Below are positions 48,501 through 59,341 of a stretch of 64,000 nt of DNA, piece by piece. Under the pieces are notes generated by a model that saw nothing but the letters and a program-made list of their open reading frames with translations, searched no databases and was not told the origin of the DNA. The stretch spans positions 2,046,001 through 2,110,000 of the forward strand of contig CATNEN010000030.1 of assembly GCA_950097015.1 (NCBI GenBank). Reading direction: 5' to 3'. This stretch comes from Macrostomum hystrix. Lineage: Eukaryota; Animalia; Platyhelminthes. A program made the position numbers and the translations under genes. Each line of letters starts with the position of its first letter. Within the stretch, counting starts at the first letter, position 1.

Positions 48501-51500
48501 TGATTGAACCCCCTGCTGGCTTTGTGAGCACTGAGTGCCCGAAGGCTGACCCAGCCCTACTCATCCACCCACTTTGACGTGCTCGAGTTGCCTTTAAGCC
48601 TACTGATGCAGCAGCCTCTCCCCTGGTTATGCAAGCGGACCATTGTGCGCCTTTGACCAACCGAATAATAAGTTACCTGGCAGGTGCTTGCTAAGGCAAT
48701 ACTAGGGACATTCTTGCCATTATTTTCATTCATAATGTTGTCATAGTAGCGGCATATAATATAGCCCAGTAATGTGTTCGGTATCTAGGGTCTGTATATG
48801 AATGTTGTATTCATAAAAGAAGCTGAAAATGTAACGATCTTTAACAAACGAAGATTTATAGCTTTCCGTTAAACGCTGAAATAAGTGAACGCTGATTGCA
48901 GGGAATAGATTATTAGCGGTGTTGTGACACAGGCCATTTCAGAAGCAAGCATGATTCAATCGCAGAATTGAATTTTATCTTATCATTTATTTTATTAGTT
49001 ATTTGAGCATGTTTGTGTTGTAAAACAGACGCCCTGCTGTTGAGAAGAGCTGGCAACACCCGCCTGCTCACTCCTAAGCCAACCGCCCTCCCCAGGGAGA
49101 CAGCCCGTATATGGACTGAGAGTCAGGGATTGCTCACAGCCCAGTACCGCTGAGTACACCCGGGCGGGACTGCAGGGATAGGAAGGGAGTTTTGTTACTA
49201 AAAATAGCATCCCACCTGGAGCCCGCGACAGGGCTCCCATTCTTCAATCTACTCAACTATCTCACCCTTCTCGTCCCCGCTCTCCCAGTTTGACCTTTTG
49301 CACTAACATTCCTGCCCTATTGTCAAGCAGGAAGCAGAGAAACTTTTCAACTGTTTGTCAATACTCAAGTTAACAAAGAATGAGTGTTAGATGTCATGTC
49401 CGTTTTGTTTACAGCAAATGAGGCAAATTAAATGCAATAAGAAATTATTTGGTCCCTAAATAGAATTATCGACACCTGCGTCGCACCTTGGCACCCACAC
49501 CGTGTGCCTCAGATAATCAATTTTTGTTATTAACACCACCTGTCATCGAATTATGACATCCTAGTCTATATATTTCAGTTTATACGGGCCGTAAATCCTC
49601 ATTCAAGGGGTGTCAAATAAAGTATAATTTTTGTAATAGACAAAAAATTACATTTAACCAAGTTTGGTCCCAAATGTGCAGCCATGCAGTTTTTCAGTCC
49701 ATAGACTGGCAACAACCAACTAAATTATCCATAATACATAACTAAGGCTTTAGTCGACATTCTTGAACAAGAAATCCTTCCACCCTGCCAACGCCTCCAG
49801 GGCCATCTCTGAGCTGCCCGAAGCCGTGCGCCGCTCTGCCGAAATTCTCGACTTCTTCTCCGCTAGACGGCCGCCCCGCCCGCCGGCGACCGGCGCCGTC
49901 GTCCACGGCCGCGCCCGCTCCGACTCAGGCCTCGGCAAGCCGGGTGAGCACGCCGCGGAGCCGCCCATATCTCTGTGCAACAATTGACGGGAATTAGTCA
50001 GTGGAAGGGGAGCACAGAAGAAGAGAATCAGGAAATGTCCCATTGTCAGTGGAGTGTCACTCGCCGGAGAGAAAGCGAAAGCAGTGCACGAGTACAGGTA
50101 TCTCTTCTCTCCCCTCACACTGCTCTACTCACAAGTCCAACATTCCAATGGCACTCGGGCTCTCAGTGCTAGAGGACCTATTTCAATACTTCTCTCTATC
50201 TTGCCATTCTTTCTCTCAATTCAGGTGTACTCAAGCCACACGTCAGCCCCCCAGCAACACACCCTTTAAGCCAGCCACCTCTGCCAGTAACCTCCCAAGC
50301 CCTGCCCGCCCAGGGTGGGAACCAATGACGGCCGCCCGGCGCCCTGAATCAGCTGTCGCCCCGCCCCGCTTCTGACCTCGCCCTCCACCCCAGCCTGGGG
50401 CTGCAGCCTCATTCATAAATAGCGGTCCCTTGAGGCGGCGTGGCTCTGCTCCAAAACGAACGTCCACGCTTGAGACCGCTGCGAATCTTTGAGAAGCGAG
50501 TACGAGCAACGCTATGCAGGTTCAGTATTATCAGCCGGTGCCGCCGCACCACATGCTCTATCACATGTCGCCGCCGCTGCCTCCGCCGCTGCCTCCGCCG
50601 ATGCAGCCGCAGCCGCCGCCGCCGTCCTGCCTGGGCGGACCTCCGGCACAATGCTCGTTCTATGCGACGCCAGCATTCATGTCTCCCTTTGCTGTCCTGC
50701 CGCCCCCTCCCCCGCCGCCGCCGCATCAGCAACAGCAGCCGCAGCAGCCGCTGGCCCCACCTCCGACCACTTATTACGGCTACGCCTCTGGTCCGCACCC
50801 GCCCCCGCATCCCCAGCTGCCGCCGCTGCCGCCGCCCACCAGTCCGCTAAGCGGTGAGTTACCACTCACTCGCTCCCATCCCCAACTGTTTCCTATTCGA
50901 AAGTGCAAATAAAATCAATATCAATCCATTGTCATGCGATTCCAGGCCTGATGCTGCAGTTTCAATCGCTGACCATCGCCGGAGCTCATGGCTGCTATCC
51001 CGACTGTGGAGTCTATCCCGCCTGTCACTATGGGTGAGTGAGGGTTGTACCTTTGTCTGTCAGGCATAAAATCGCTTGACGCTTTCAACACGAATCCCTG
51101 TTATTTACCACATCCAATGCAATACAGGCAGGACTACCAGTCGAAGCTGCTTACCTGGCTAAAGACGCATCGAATGCACAAATACTATGACCGGCTGCGC
51201 AAGTACAGCTTCGAGCAGCTGCTGTCTATCGACAGGCCGACTCTGGAGGCGCTGGAGTTCACTCAGGGCGCCATCAAGAAGCTGCTGGGCATGGTGGAAC
51301 GGGTGCGCCACGATCGCCAGGCCTTCGAGTGTCCGTCTAGGAGCAGCGGATCGCCCTGCAGCTCCGGCGCCTGCAGCGAGGAGGAGCTGCAGATGCACGG
51401 CCTGCTCCGCTCGCCGCCAAGGCAGTTTCATTATCAGGCCCAGCAGCAGCAGCAGCAGCAGCAGCAGGCGTTTCTAAGAAAGCAGGCCCTGCCGCACCCG

Positions 51501-51584
51501 CAGCACCGTATGCTGGGCCCGCTGCCGCTGCCACCTCCGCTCCAGCTCCAGCACCCACACCAGCTTCATCCTCAGCATCATCTT

Positions 51585-51630
<46 letters not shown>

Positions 51631-51680
51631 CACCGCTGAGGTACGGTCTTGTTGGCAGCAGTTGCGGCAGCCCCGCTTGA
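39583..51680 (+). CDS. ZCCHC14: ZCCHC14/ZCCHC2-like protein (N-terminal conserved domain, PX-like segment, Pro/Gln-rich region, Smaug-type SAM); multi-exon
   Basis: Exon 1 (39583-40105, one +1 frameshift ~39705) reads VLAWFNDRLQPHERIELLCSMLL/CAPLELRFLASW..ELREFEARINSP, compared with the family pattern VYRWF..[43 protein letters not shown] (~49801) is PX-like. LTWLKTHRMHKYYDRL..LEFTQGAIKKL (~51150-51290) is a SAM domain. Candidate internal exons at 40533-40791, 41125-41231, 42782-~42859 and 45400-~45530; the middle exon chain is not fully resolved. Confidence 0.8.
40832..41011. repeat. 15-bp minisatellite (CTTCATTTTGGCTCC)n, 12 copies, intronic
   Basis: Visible period-15 array. Confidence 0.96.
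41385..42420. repeat. 19-bp minisatellite (GTGCCATTTCCGAATTGAA)n with variant GTGCCATTTTCGTATAGAA, intronic
   Basis: Visible period-19 array with a recurring variant block. Confidence 0.96.
43032..43580. repeat. 41-bp minisatellite (CTCTGCCTCACACTCTCCTGCCTCCTAGACTGCCTCACTAT)n, ~13 copies, intronic
   Basis: Visible period-41 array. Confidence 0.95.
43565..44469. repeat. 26-bp minisatellite (CTCTGCCCCACACTCTTCATGTCRCA)n, ~35 copies, intronic
   Basis: Visible period-26 array; it is the source of the spurious MSHSAPHSS ORFs. Confidence 0.96.
45555..47725. repeat. 34-bp minisatellite (CTGTCTAGTCTAGCGGCATTGTACAGACCCWTCC)n, ~64 copies, intronic
   Basis: Highly homogeneous period-34 array varying almost only at one A/T position. 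Confidence 0.98.
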
Positions 51681-52636
51681 TTTGCACCCCTGTACAATAG
51701 TCCACTAGATAATTAGCTTTCTACCTGTGACTGCTTAGCGTGAAGACCGCAGACTCTGGGCTTGAAATAATTTATCCACCGTAAAGCAATTAGGCTGGCT
51801 GTGGATTTGAACTAGGGACCTCGTTTCCACAACAACTGCTCATTTCTGCAGCATCCGTTGACATGTCAAAACCCTTTCTAGATTAGTGCCATCAAGCATC
51901 CCTAGAAATAGTGTTAAGCATATTAGTGCATTGCAAAGGTGCAAAAATAGCCTCGCAGTCTACAATGCTTAGCCCATCGACAATGCTTTGTTACCTCGCG
52001 TATTGCGGCAAATACATGTTTTTGCTTTGCCTATAGTTTTATCCATGACAGTGACAGTGTTTTGCACGAGTGTTATGTACATAGAACATACCGATTGCGT
52101 CCAATTTTATTGCTTATCATCATGTTGAAATTGTAAAATATTTATTGTCTTGAAATAATTTTTATAAAATTGTATGTTTCCGGATGAATTCCACTTTTAT
52201 TGGAAATTTCAGAACGCAGAGGTGTCTATTGAGCTATTAAAGTATTTCTGCACAAACTCTCTGAACTGTGCAGATAAAAATGATAGAACTTTTTCAATCT
52301 GCGACACCATGTACTCACTCACGTTTGAATGTACGCGTATTCTGATTGCACTGATTGGTTTCAAGCAAAGAATGCATTTCTTATCATTGTTTTCGATGTT
52401 CAACTATAGACCAAACCCTAACTGAACCACAGATGGGTGAAATCAATCATCAGATCATTGCTCGGCACCAAAGTATTGGATATATATACAATCTATCTAA
52501 GAACAAAGACTATAATTTTGCCCCAGAACCAAGCAGCTTTTGACCATTAATCTATTTTTCTCTCTAAGTTTAATTATAATTTTATTTCTTTTGACTTTCG
52601 TCCGTCTTTTGTTCATGCTTTGAATTGTTTGGCAAA

Positions 52637-52672
<36 letters not shown>

Positions 52673-53750
52673 ACAAAAATAAGCCTGCCTCATAAGACTG
52701 ATATCAACACTCCCTGTGCTCAGTTCTGGCTAGAGCAACCACAGAAAGAAGCAATGATTGGGGAAATGCCTCTCCAGATTCCACATTTACGATGATTGGC
52801 TATATGGACATCACGTGACCGTTACGTTAAGTGATGGGACAGTTTGACAGGGTCTGTTTGTAAACAAGTTGCTCACCGAAAATTGTCTACAATCGACCCA
52901 TTAATGCTATAAAATGCTGAATTATTCCTGACAGGAGCTTTAGAGCTTGAGTTGCCTTAACTACCTGCTAATAGCGATCCTAGGCCTCCTTATTGAAGGA
53001 TCTTAACTGGGAGTGTGGGCACTCAGATTTCTCGGTGATTTCTTGGACTTTCTATATTCATAAATCAAGACAGTAGGGATTTGAGAAATTCATAGAGAAC
53101 GACTCAAATCCCACTCGAACGCGGAGGTTGCTTGTTAAGCATTTAATATCAACTTGCTGAGTACCTCAAAGTTTAGAATTTCAAAGCTGGTTAAATTTCT
53201 GTCAACATTCGAACAAAAATAGCTTCATGCTTATGGAACTGCGAGCAATTAGTAATAGTAGTTTTTCCTAACTAGTGCATCTGCAGGGTCTTCTACTTAC
53301 AGCGCGCATTGTGAAGGGGAGAGCGGGCGGGCGCGCTCATAAATCATGCCACCACCGTAGCGCAGTTCTGAAGAACTTCTAAAAACTAAGATCCGTATAT
53401 GGCGGCGACTCATAATTGTCTCTGACTGCTGCCCCTGGACAGTGGAGTGCTGATCCTGCACTGTTTGCCAGCTCCCAGTGCCTTCTGTGCAGCCCGCCAA
53501 GGGCTTGGCATAAAATGACGCTTCACAATGCGAACTCGAGGGAGATCAGGGAGGGTATCGAGAGGCGAAAATGCCAGCGACTACAATGTGAAGAGCACAA
53601 TGAGAGGAGCGGGTGACGGAGCGGTGGAAAGACCTGGGTCACAATTGACCGACTCTACTGGCTGCAATAGACTTGCCTGAAAATTCACTCCGTCAAAAAA
53701 CAAGTGCGTCAGTCTATACACGCGCGTACATTTTCTTTGATCTGTCTCGG

Positions 53751-53968
53751 TCACGGCCTGTAGACAAGAGTACAATTTCACCGGCTCAAGATGTCACGAC
53801 CTGTAGACAAGAGTACAATTTCACCGGCTCAAGATGTCACGACCTGTAGACAAGAGTACAATTTCACCGGCTCAATATGTCACGACCTGTAGACAAGAGT
53901 ACAATTTCACCGGCTCAAGATGTCACGACCTGTAGACAAGAGTACAATTTCACCGGCTCAAGATGTCA
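53751..53968. repeat. 43-bp tandem repeat, 5 copies
   Basis: (CTGTAGACAAGAGTACAATTTCACCGGCTCAAGATGTCACGAC)n is directly visible. Confidence 0.95.
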
Positions 53969-54009
53969 AGGGAGCAGTCATGCGAATTCGCAAAATGTAG
54001 CCTGTCTCT

Positions 54010-54220
54010 TGTGGTGAGTGGGAGAGCGATTAACGCATTTGCCTTTCGCACCAAGGCCCCTGAACTCGATTCCGCAATCGAGAGAGAGAAGGCTTAGGGG
54101 CTTGTCGTGCAATTTACGCCCTTGAGGGCCAACCTCCATGGCACAGTGAAAATATACTGCCTGACGATGAGAAAGTCAGGGCTGATGTACACACCTGTGT
54201 GAGTGTGTGCGTGTGTGCTC
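54010..54220 (+). mobile_element. Second SINE family, copy B
   Basis: Aligns by eye with the reverse complement of 19680-19880; degenerate B-box GAACTCGATTCC. Confidence 0.45.
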
Positions 54221-56477
54221 AGGAGTCAGCGAAATGGGCAGAATTGCCTCCTCGCTAGCTGCTGGTCTGGTGTCACGAAATGATGTTCCATCGCCTGCAG
54301 CTTTATGATATAAGCCTGTTTGTAAGTTTCACGGATAAATTTCACTTAGCTATTGCACTGAAATGATATAGTTAGCCTGTTAGCGGTCCTGAATAGGTCA
54401 CTTTGTTTTTCTTTCTTTGATGAAGAAAGGCTTCAATAATAGCTCTCGCTCTACTTTCTCAACTTACTTCTGCACGTTCGTTAAAATAAATTATTAAGCA
54501 AGGTCAAGGATGAGCAGCGATCCTATTGCGGTGGTGGAAGTGCAGCATGGGCAGTTTCAAGCTGCACTGTCAAACCACAACAACAGCCGATGCAGCTCGC
54601 ATCACGTGACAGACTATACAATCCCTTTCATGGTTAAAAATCCCCTAAGATCGCGATTTCATAGCTACCTTGATGCTAATCCATTCTATTGTTTATCTGA
54701 TTTACTCTGCGGTTTTTGGATTAATACTTCATTATGTCACACATGTTTTAACACCAGAAAGACCTCGCTATTCTTCCTCCAGAGGAAAGATCACGGGGGA
54801 ATTTCAAATACCCACTTTAATTAGGTGAGGGTCCGACAGGGCATTAGAACCATCACAGCAAATCTTATCTTAAGTAATTCAAGAAGCGCTTCGTCCTACT
54901 CTTAAGCTTCGCTTTCCTGTCCTGTCTATGCTGTAGCCTATCAAAAGCAGCTATTGGCGAACCTCGCAGGTGCCGCCTGCTCCCCTTTACCAATCAGACA
55001 TTTTTCTAGGAACGGCTTACAGGTGGGCACTCGAAATTCAAAGGCAAGAGAAAATTGATGAAATATGCGGCAAATTGTTGGGGACGACAAACGGCCAGGA
55101 AAATTGGAGAGCAGAGTCACCGCTGTGGGAGTTTTCGCGAATTGAGGTGAGACAGGAGGAGACGCGAGGGAGCTGGAAACCTACCCCAACAAATTGAGGA
55201 TTAGGGGACGGTGAAAGACAAAACCCGCGCGTCCCGCGGCAGCGAGCCTGACACAAAGGCCGATCAATTAAAGGCTGAGCAGCCGTGAGAAGCCCTCTTC
55301 GTGTCCGCATCCCCACGACTTTCGCGTCACTTTGACGAGTCTAAATCTTTATTTTGCCTGAGAACTACGCATGGGATATGGAAAAATATGCCTGCTAAGG
55401 TAATTGCATTGTTGCTTAAATTTACCTATTTGTTAGCACAGCCTTCTATACAACCAAAGCATCTCAGGGTATGCGTCATGTCTGGCAGCTTCGACGAGTG
55501 TGTGAATCACTAGGGCCATTCCATTCTAGACTACATACGAGCTATGAATGACTATGCTGGTGATATTGTAACGGTTGAAAGCAACTGTACCTTAAATTTA
55601 GAATAATCTGGAAGTCAAGTTTACGAATCATACGAAATTAATATGAACCGAAATGAAATGAAAAATGCTAACTGATCTGACTGCATCATACCATATGGTA
55701 AAGTCACTGTACTCAACTCATAGTTACTCACGGACTAACCGAAAGAAAATTTCTATTTATGCATTCTCATCTAATGCATGCTGCATTACTGTACGCAAAC
55801 ATAATCTAATTGAAGAAAAGTGTTATTATTAAACGCAACAAAAATCCCTGCATGCTCCAACATGAAAAATTTTGAGTATTGAGCTGGGATCTAACAACAG
55901 ACTACCCTGCGTCTATTGTGCTTGGCCCATTGTGCTTGGCCCTTGAATCTAATTTTACTTTCTCAATTTGATGCTCCGATCAGGCACACCCGTTTTTATT
56001 GTTTCCTGAATCCCCTACGAGGCTCATTGATAGTCGATCAGGGAACACAGATTTACCTAGTCCTAGTTTACCTAGTCAGTCAGTCAGTCAGTCAGTCAGT
56101 CAGTCAGTTGCTTGTATCAACTTTCACTATCTTTGGATGCTCATGCTCAGTCATTCGATATGCCTTCGCCTTGCAAACAAAAAAGCATAACTTATTACCG
56201 TAATCAAAGCCGTGCTTAAGGATTGTGTATTGAATATAAAAAAGCGGAGAACATGATCACATATTCGCTTTCTTCTTATCTGATAGAAGCTCCCTAACGT
56301 ATTGAATGCAAAATAATACTAATTGTAATTAATGTATATAGTTGCTAAGCGTCCCAGTGCGGAGTCACTAAAATATTATTTGGAATAATTCATTTAGATT
56401 GGCCTCTTAGATTGGACGACAGTGTGTTGCACAACTTCTTAAATTTGGGTCAGATGTACAAGTACAAGACGCTGTTC

Positions 56478-56510
56478 AGTCCATGGACACTGATTCGACG
56501 CCACATCCAT
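56478..56510 (-). mobile_element. Short fragment of the SINE at 17330
   Basis: GCTGTTCAGTCCATGGAC..GACGCCACATCCA matches 17441-17477. Confidence 0.55.
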
Positions 56511-57201
56511 TCGAATTTCTACCTCGTCTGACGTTGGCCGCAAAACAATGCATTGATTATTCCGAAAGTTGTCATGGGAGAGGTTAATCTAGATAAGAGC
56601 AAACTAAAAGTCACGCCCAAACGTTTTAAACAAACGAGCAGCAAGAATACAAAAATATAGTAACAGGCAAAGCAGATGTACATTAGCGCCAGTACTTTAT
56701 GTAGGAATGCAGCGCGCTGCTTTTTCGCCTGAGTACCGAACAGTTGGCCGTCTTTGCACAGTGCATTCGTCGTGGCTCGATATCAACAAGACGGTAACAG
56801 AGAACTTGTTCCACGTTCTAGTGCCTTCGCACAATAAATTCGAGATGGGCAGCAATGCCATGTCCACCCACGAATGCTTGCGAATAAGACAGAGATCGAG
56901 CAACTAAAGTAAAAGTGCAAACCTGATTGACAGCTCGCGATGAAGGCCACATAGCCGAGACGAGCTCATGCTCAGTTTTTTGGCGCTAATTACTTCCCAA
57001 CTCACCCTCCGATCATCTTTCTAATGGGCTGACAACGGGACTCAGCCAGCGCAAATCTTAAGGGAGGAGGCTTTAAATGAATGCACTTTTATCCCGAAAT
57101 ATTGAGTCGGCTAACTGGCTCAAACACGCTCTAAATAAGCCGCAACCTCAAAAAGTTTAGGATTAATTTTAAAGCGCTATCAATGAAAACATATACTTGA
57201 T

Positions 57202-57290
57202 TCGGTGGTGCCGCTGCACTGTCTCATTGTGATGCTGCTCCCTCGGAGAGGCGATGCGGCATTTGAGAGCAGGGCGGTGAGCAGCCTCAG
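57202..57290 (+). pseudogene. Diverged, deleted relic of the TRP N-terminal cassette
   Basis: TCGGTGGTGCCGCTGCACTGTCTCATTGTGATGCTGCTCCCTCGGAGAGGCGATGCGGCATTTGAGAGCAGGGCGGTGA aligns with the cassette (VVPLHCLIV..RGDAAFE.RAV) with several substitutions and a deletion. Confidence 0.75.
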
Positions 57291-57514
57291 CACGTATTGA
57301 TGAAAGCACAATATCAAATACAGGCTTATCAGTAATGAAAACCCGCAAAGTATCGGTATTGTACAATACGAGCTAATAGCCTTGAAGGCCGCCAGATTTT
57401 CATTATTTATGACTTAAAAGATTATACTTCTACTACTGAAGAATTAGTACTAAATATATTCAGTGATAGTCTGCAAAGATTGAAAAAAACGAATTTGGAG
57501 AGAAAAAATTATCA

Positions 57515-59341
57515 TCAGTTATCATTTTCAATCAGTCGGTAGACATAGCGACAGTCAGGTAAGATTTTCCGCAAAAGCAGACTGTCCAAGCAACTCGCCT
57601 GACGGGATTTCACAGCGCTTCCTCGGCGCAGGCGGATGATGCAGGCGGGCAGGGACAGGGCCAGGAAGCGCATGTGCAGCCGATAGGCTAGGCAGATGTA
57701 CCGGCAGTTGCTAGCCGCCGCGGACAGCCGCTCGGACAGCAGGGCTACGAGAAAGTTAAAGCAGAACAGAACAATTAGGGCGTGCATCACAACATAGGTG
57801 GCGCCCAAGGCTTGCACGGAGTCGCGGGACAGGCCGCCATTGTTAACCAGCAGGTAGAAATTGATGAGGCCCTGTGAGAACATGTCGCTGTTAGCCCCGG
57901 GGTCGAAGTTCGGCTCGCAGGGCACGATCAAGGAGATCAGCCAGCAGAACAGAGTGATCACGCTGATGATGATGGTCAAGAAGAAAGCGAATGTGCTCAT
58001 CACATTCCACAGCAGGGCGATGCTCTCCAGGACCATCATCCAGTGGGACACAATGGTCAGAATGGTGAGGATGTACATCAGGCTCGAGCTATAGTCCAGC
58101 AGCCTCAAGTAGACATCGCGCTGCGTAATCGGCAGCGTCATTGACTCGGCATGATCTGCCGCGCCGAGAGCCAGCACGAACATAGCTACTATGTTGAGTA
58201 GTATGCCAAGCATCAAGAACATATCGCTGTTGCTGATGGCGTGGCTAAGGATGGCCCTGACTCGTGTTCCTGAGCGCCTTGCCTTGCATGCGAATATGCA
58301 GTTAGTCAAGAGGGCCGTGCAGCATTCGACCACGTAGCACAGAAGCAAAAAGTACAACATGATTTGCGAGGGCAGCGATTTGCAAATTGCGTTCAAACGA
58401 ATGTGAAATAAAAGCAGCGCACAGCTGCTGGTGTTTGTAGGGCTACTGCTTATGCGAGCAATGGACACTTGCGAGTAAATGCAAGCCGACCCAATAGACA
58501 GGAGAAAAACCTTGCATGCGGAGGAAAGCACTGCTCGTAAAAGAAAGAAATTTTGCAAGGAGCTCATGACTAAATGTGACCAAAGGACTATAATGTGATG
58601 GTCCATGAACCTTTTGACAGGATCCGAAATGTCCGAAATAGCAGACTTGGCTAAAATGCTCAGCGGACTCTTCGCGTACCTTTCACCTGTGGCGAAGTCG
58701 TACTCGCTCAGATCAACTCGCTGCACCTTCACGCCTGCTACGAGACTGACCTCTCCGCAGTACTTGCTCGACTCGAGAATGCACTCAGCGAGTGAGAACA
58801 GCTGCAGACTGACTGCCAGCTCGAGAGCATTGTAGCCGAACGCCTCCTTCTCTGCGCACACGCGGAAGAACTGAGGCTGCTCGACCGACAGTTTGCGCAC
58901 AAATCTCACCGCCCTGTGCTCAAATGCAGCATCGCCTCTCAGAGTAAACAGCTTCACAATGAGACAGTGCAGCGGCACCACCGACTCGCCGCTGTCTGAC
59001 TGCTGCCCGACTGCTTCATGAAGTGCATCAGCCGAGTCGGCTGCAGCCTCCAGCTCACCGATCAGGTGAGTGACACAGTTGAGAGCGAGTGTGCATGCGG
59101 CAACTTCCAGCACAGTGGAGTGAGCGATGAGGAACGAGGTGAAGTCGGACCTGCCGCACTTGATGCAGTCCGCAATGCTGCCACCGTCAGTGAGCTGCTC
59201 GATGCTGAGCTGCAGGATCTGCGACAGGGCGAGGGGCTTAGCCAGCTCCAGCTGGATGATCAGAGAATCAACATCGTCTTCGTGAAGGATGCGCTTCAGC
59301 TCAGAAAAATGTGCGATTTTCGTAGCCCTCTTCCTAGCCAA
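57515..59341 (-). CDS. TRP(V)-like 6-TM channel, copy 4, intact ORF; first coding exon unresolved
   Basis: 608-codon ORF with the shared N-cassette, pore SQGLINFYLLVNNGG and S6 HALIVLFCFNFLVALLSERLS. The ORF-track start is TTG next to a CTAAC..TAG acceptor at 59334, so an upstream micro-exon is likely (for example ATG CTC GA|GTATAC at 59395-59402). Confidence 0.83.
   Translation of the reverse strand: MARKRATKIAHFSELKRILHEDDVDSLIIQLELAKPLALSQILQLSIEQLTDGGSIADCIKCGRSDFTSFLIAHSTVLEVAACTLALNCVTHLIGELEAAADSADALHEAVGQQSDSGESVVPLHCLIVKLFTLRGDAAFEHRAVRFVRKLSVEQPQFFRVCAEKEAFGYNALELAVSLQLFSLAECILESSKYCGEVSLVAGVKVQRVDLSEYDFATGERYAKSPLSILAKSAISDISDPVKRFMDHHIIVLWSHLVMSSLQNFFLLRAVLSSACKVFLLSIGSACIYSQVSIARISSSPTNTSSCALLLFHIRLNAICKSLPSQIMLYFLLLCYVVECCTALLTNCIFACKARRSGTRVRAILSHAISNSDMFLMLGILLNIVAMFVLALGAADHAESMTLPITQRDVYLRLLDYSSSLMYILTILTIVSHWMMVLESIALLWNVMSTFAFFLTIIISVITLFCWLISLIVPCEPNFDPGANSDMFSQGLINFYLLVNNGGLSRDSVQALGATYVVMHALIVLFCFNFLVALLSERLSAAASNCRYICLAYRLHMRFLALSLPACIIRLRRGSAVKSRQASCLDSLLLRKILPDCRYVYRLIENDN

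Noticed and set aside
48670-48690. TTACCTGGCAGG matching the U1 snRNA 5' end (also at ~42644)
   Set aside because: The match is only 12 nt, and the downstream U1 stem-loops and Sm site are absent.
52635-56107. (AAAT)n at ~52635-52672, (GTCA)n at ~56075-56107, and short ORFs in 52-57 kb
   Set aside because: These are ordinary microsatellites, and the ORFs have no recognisable motif or exon chain.
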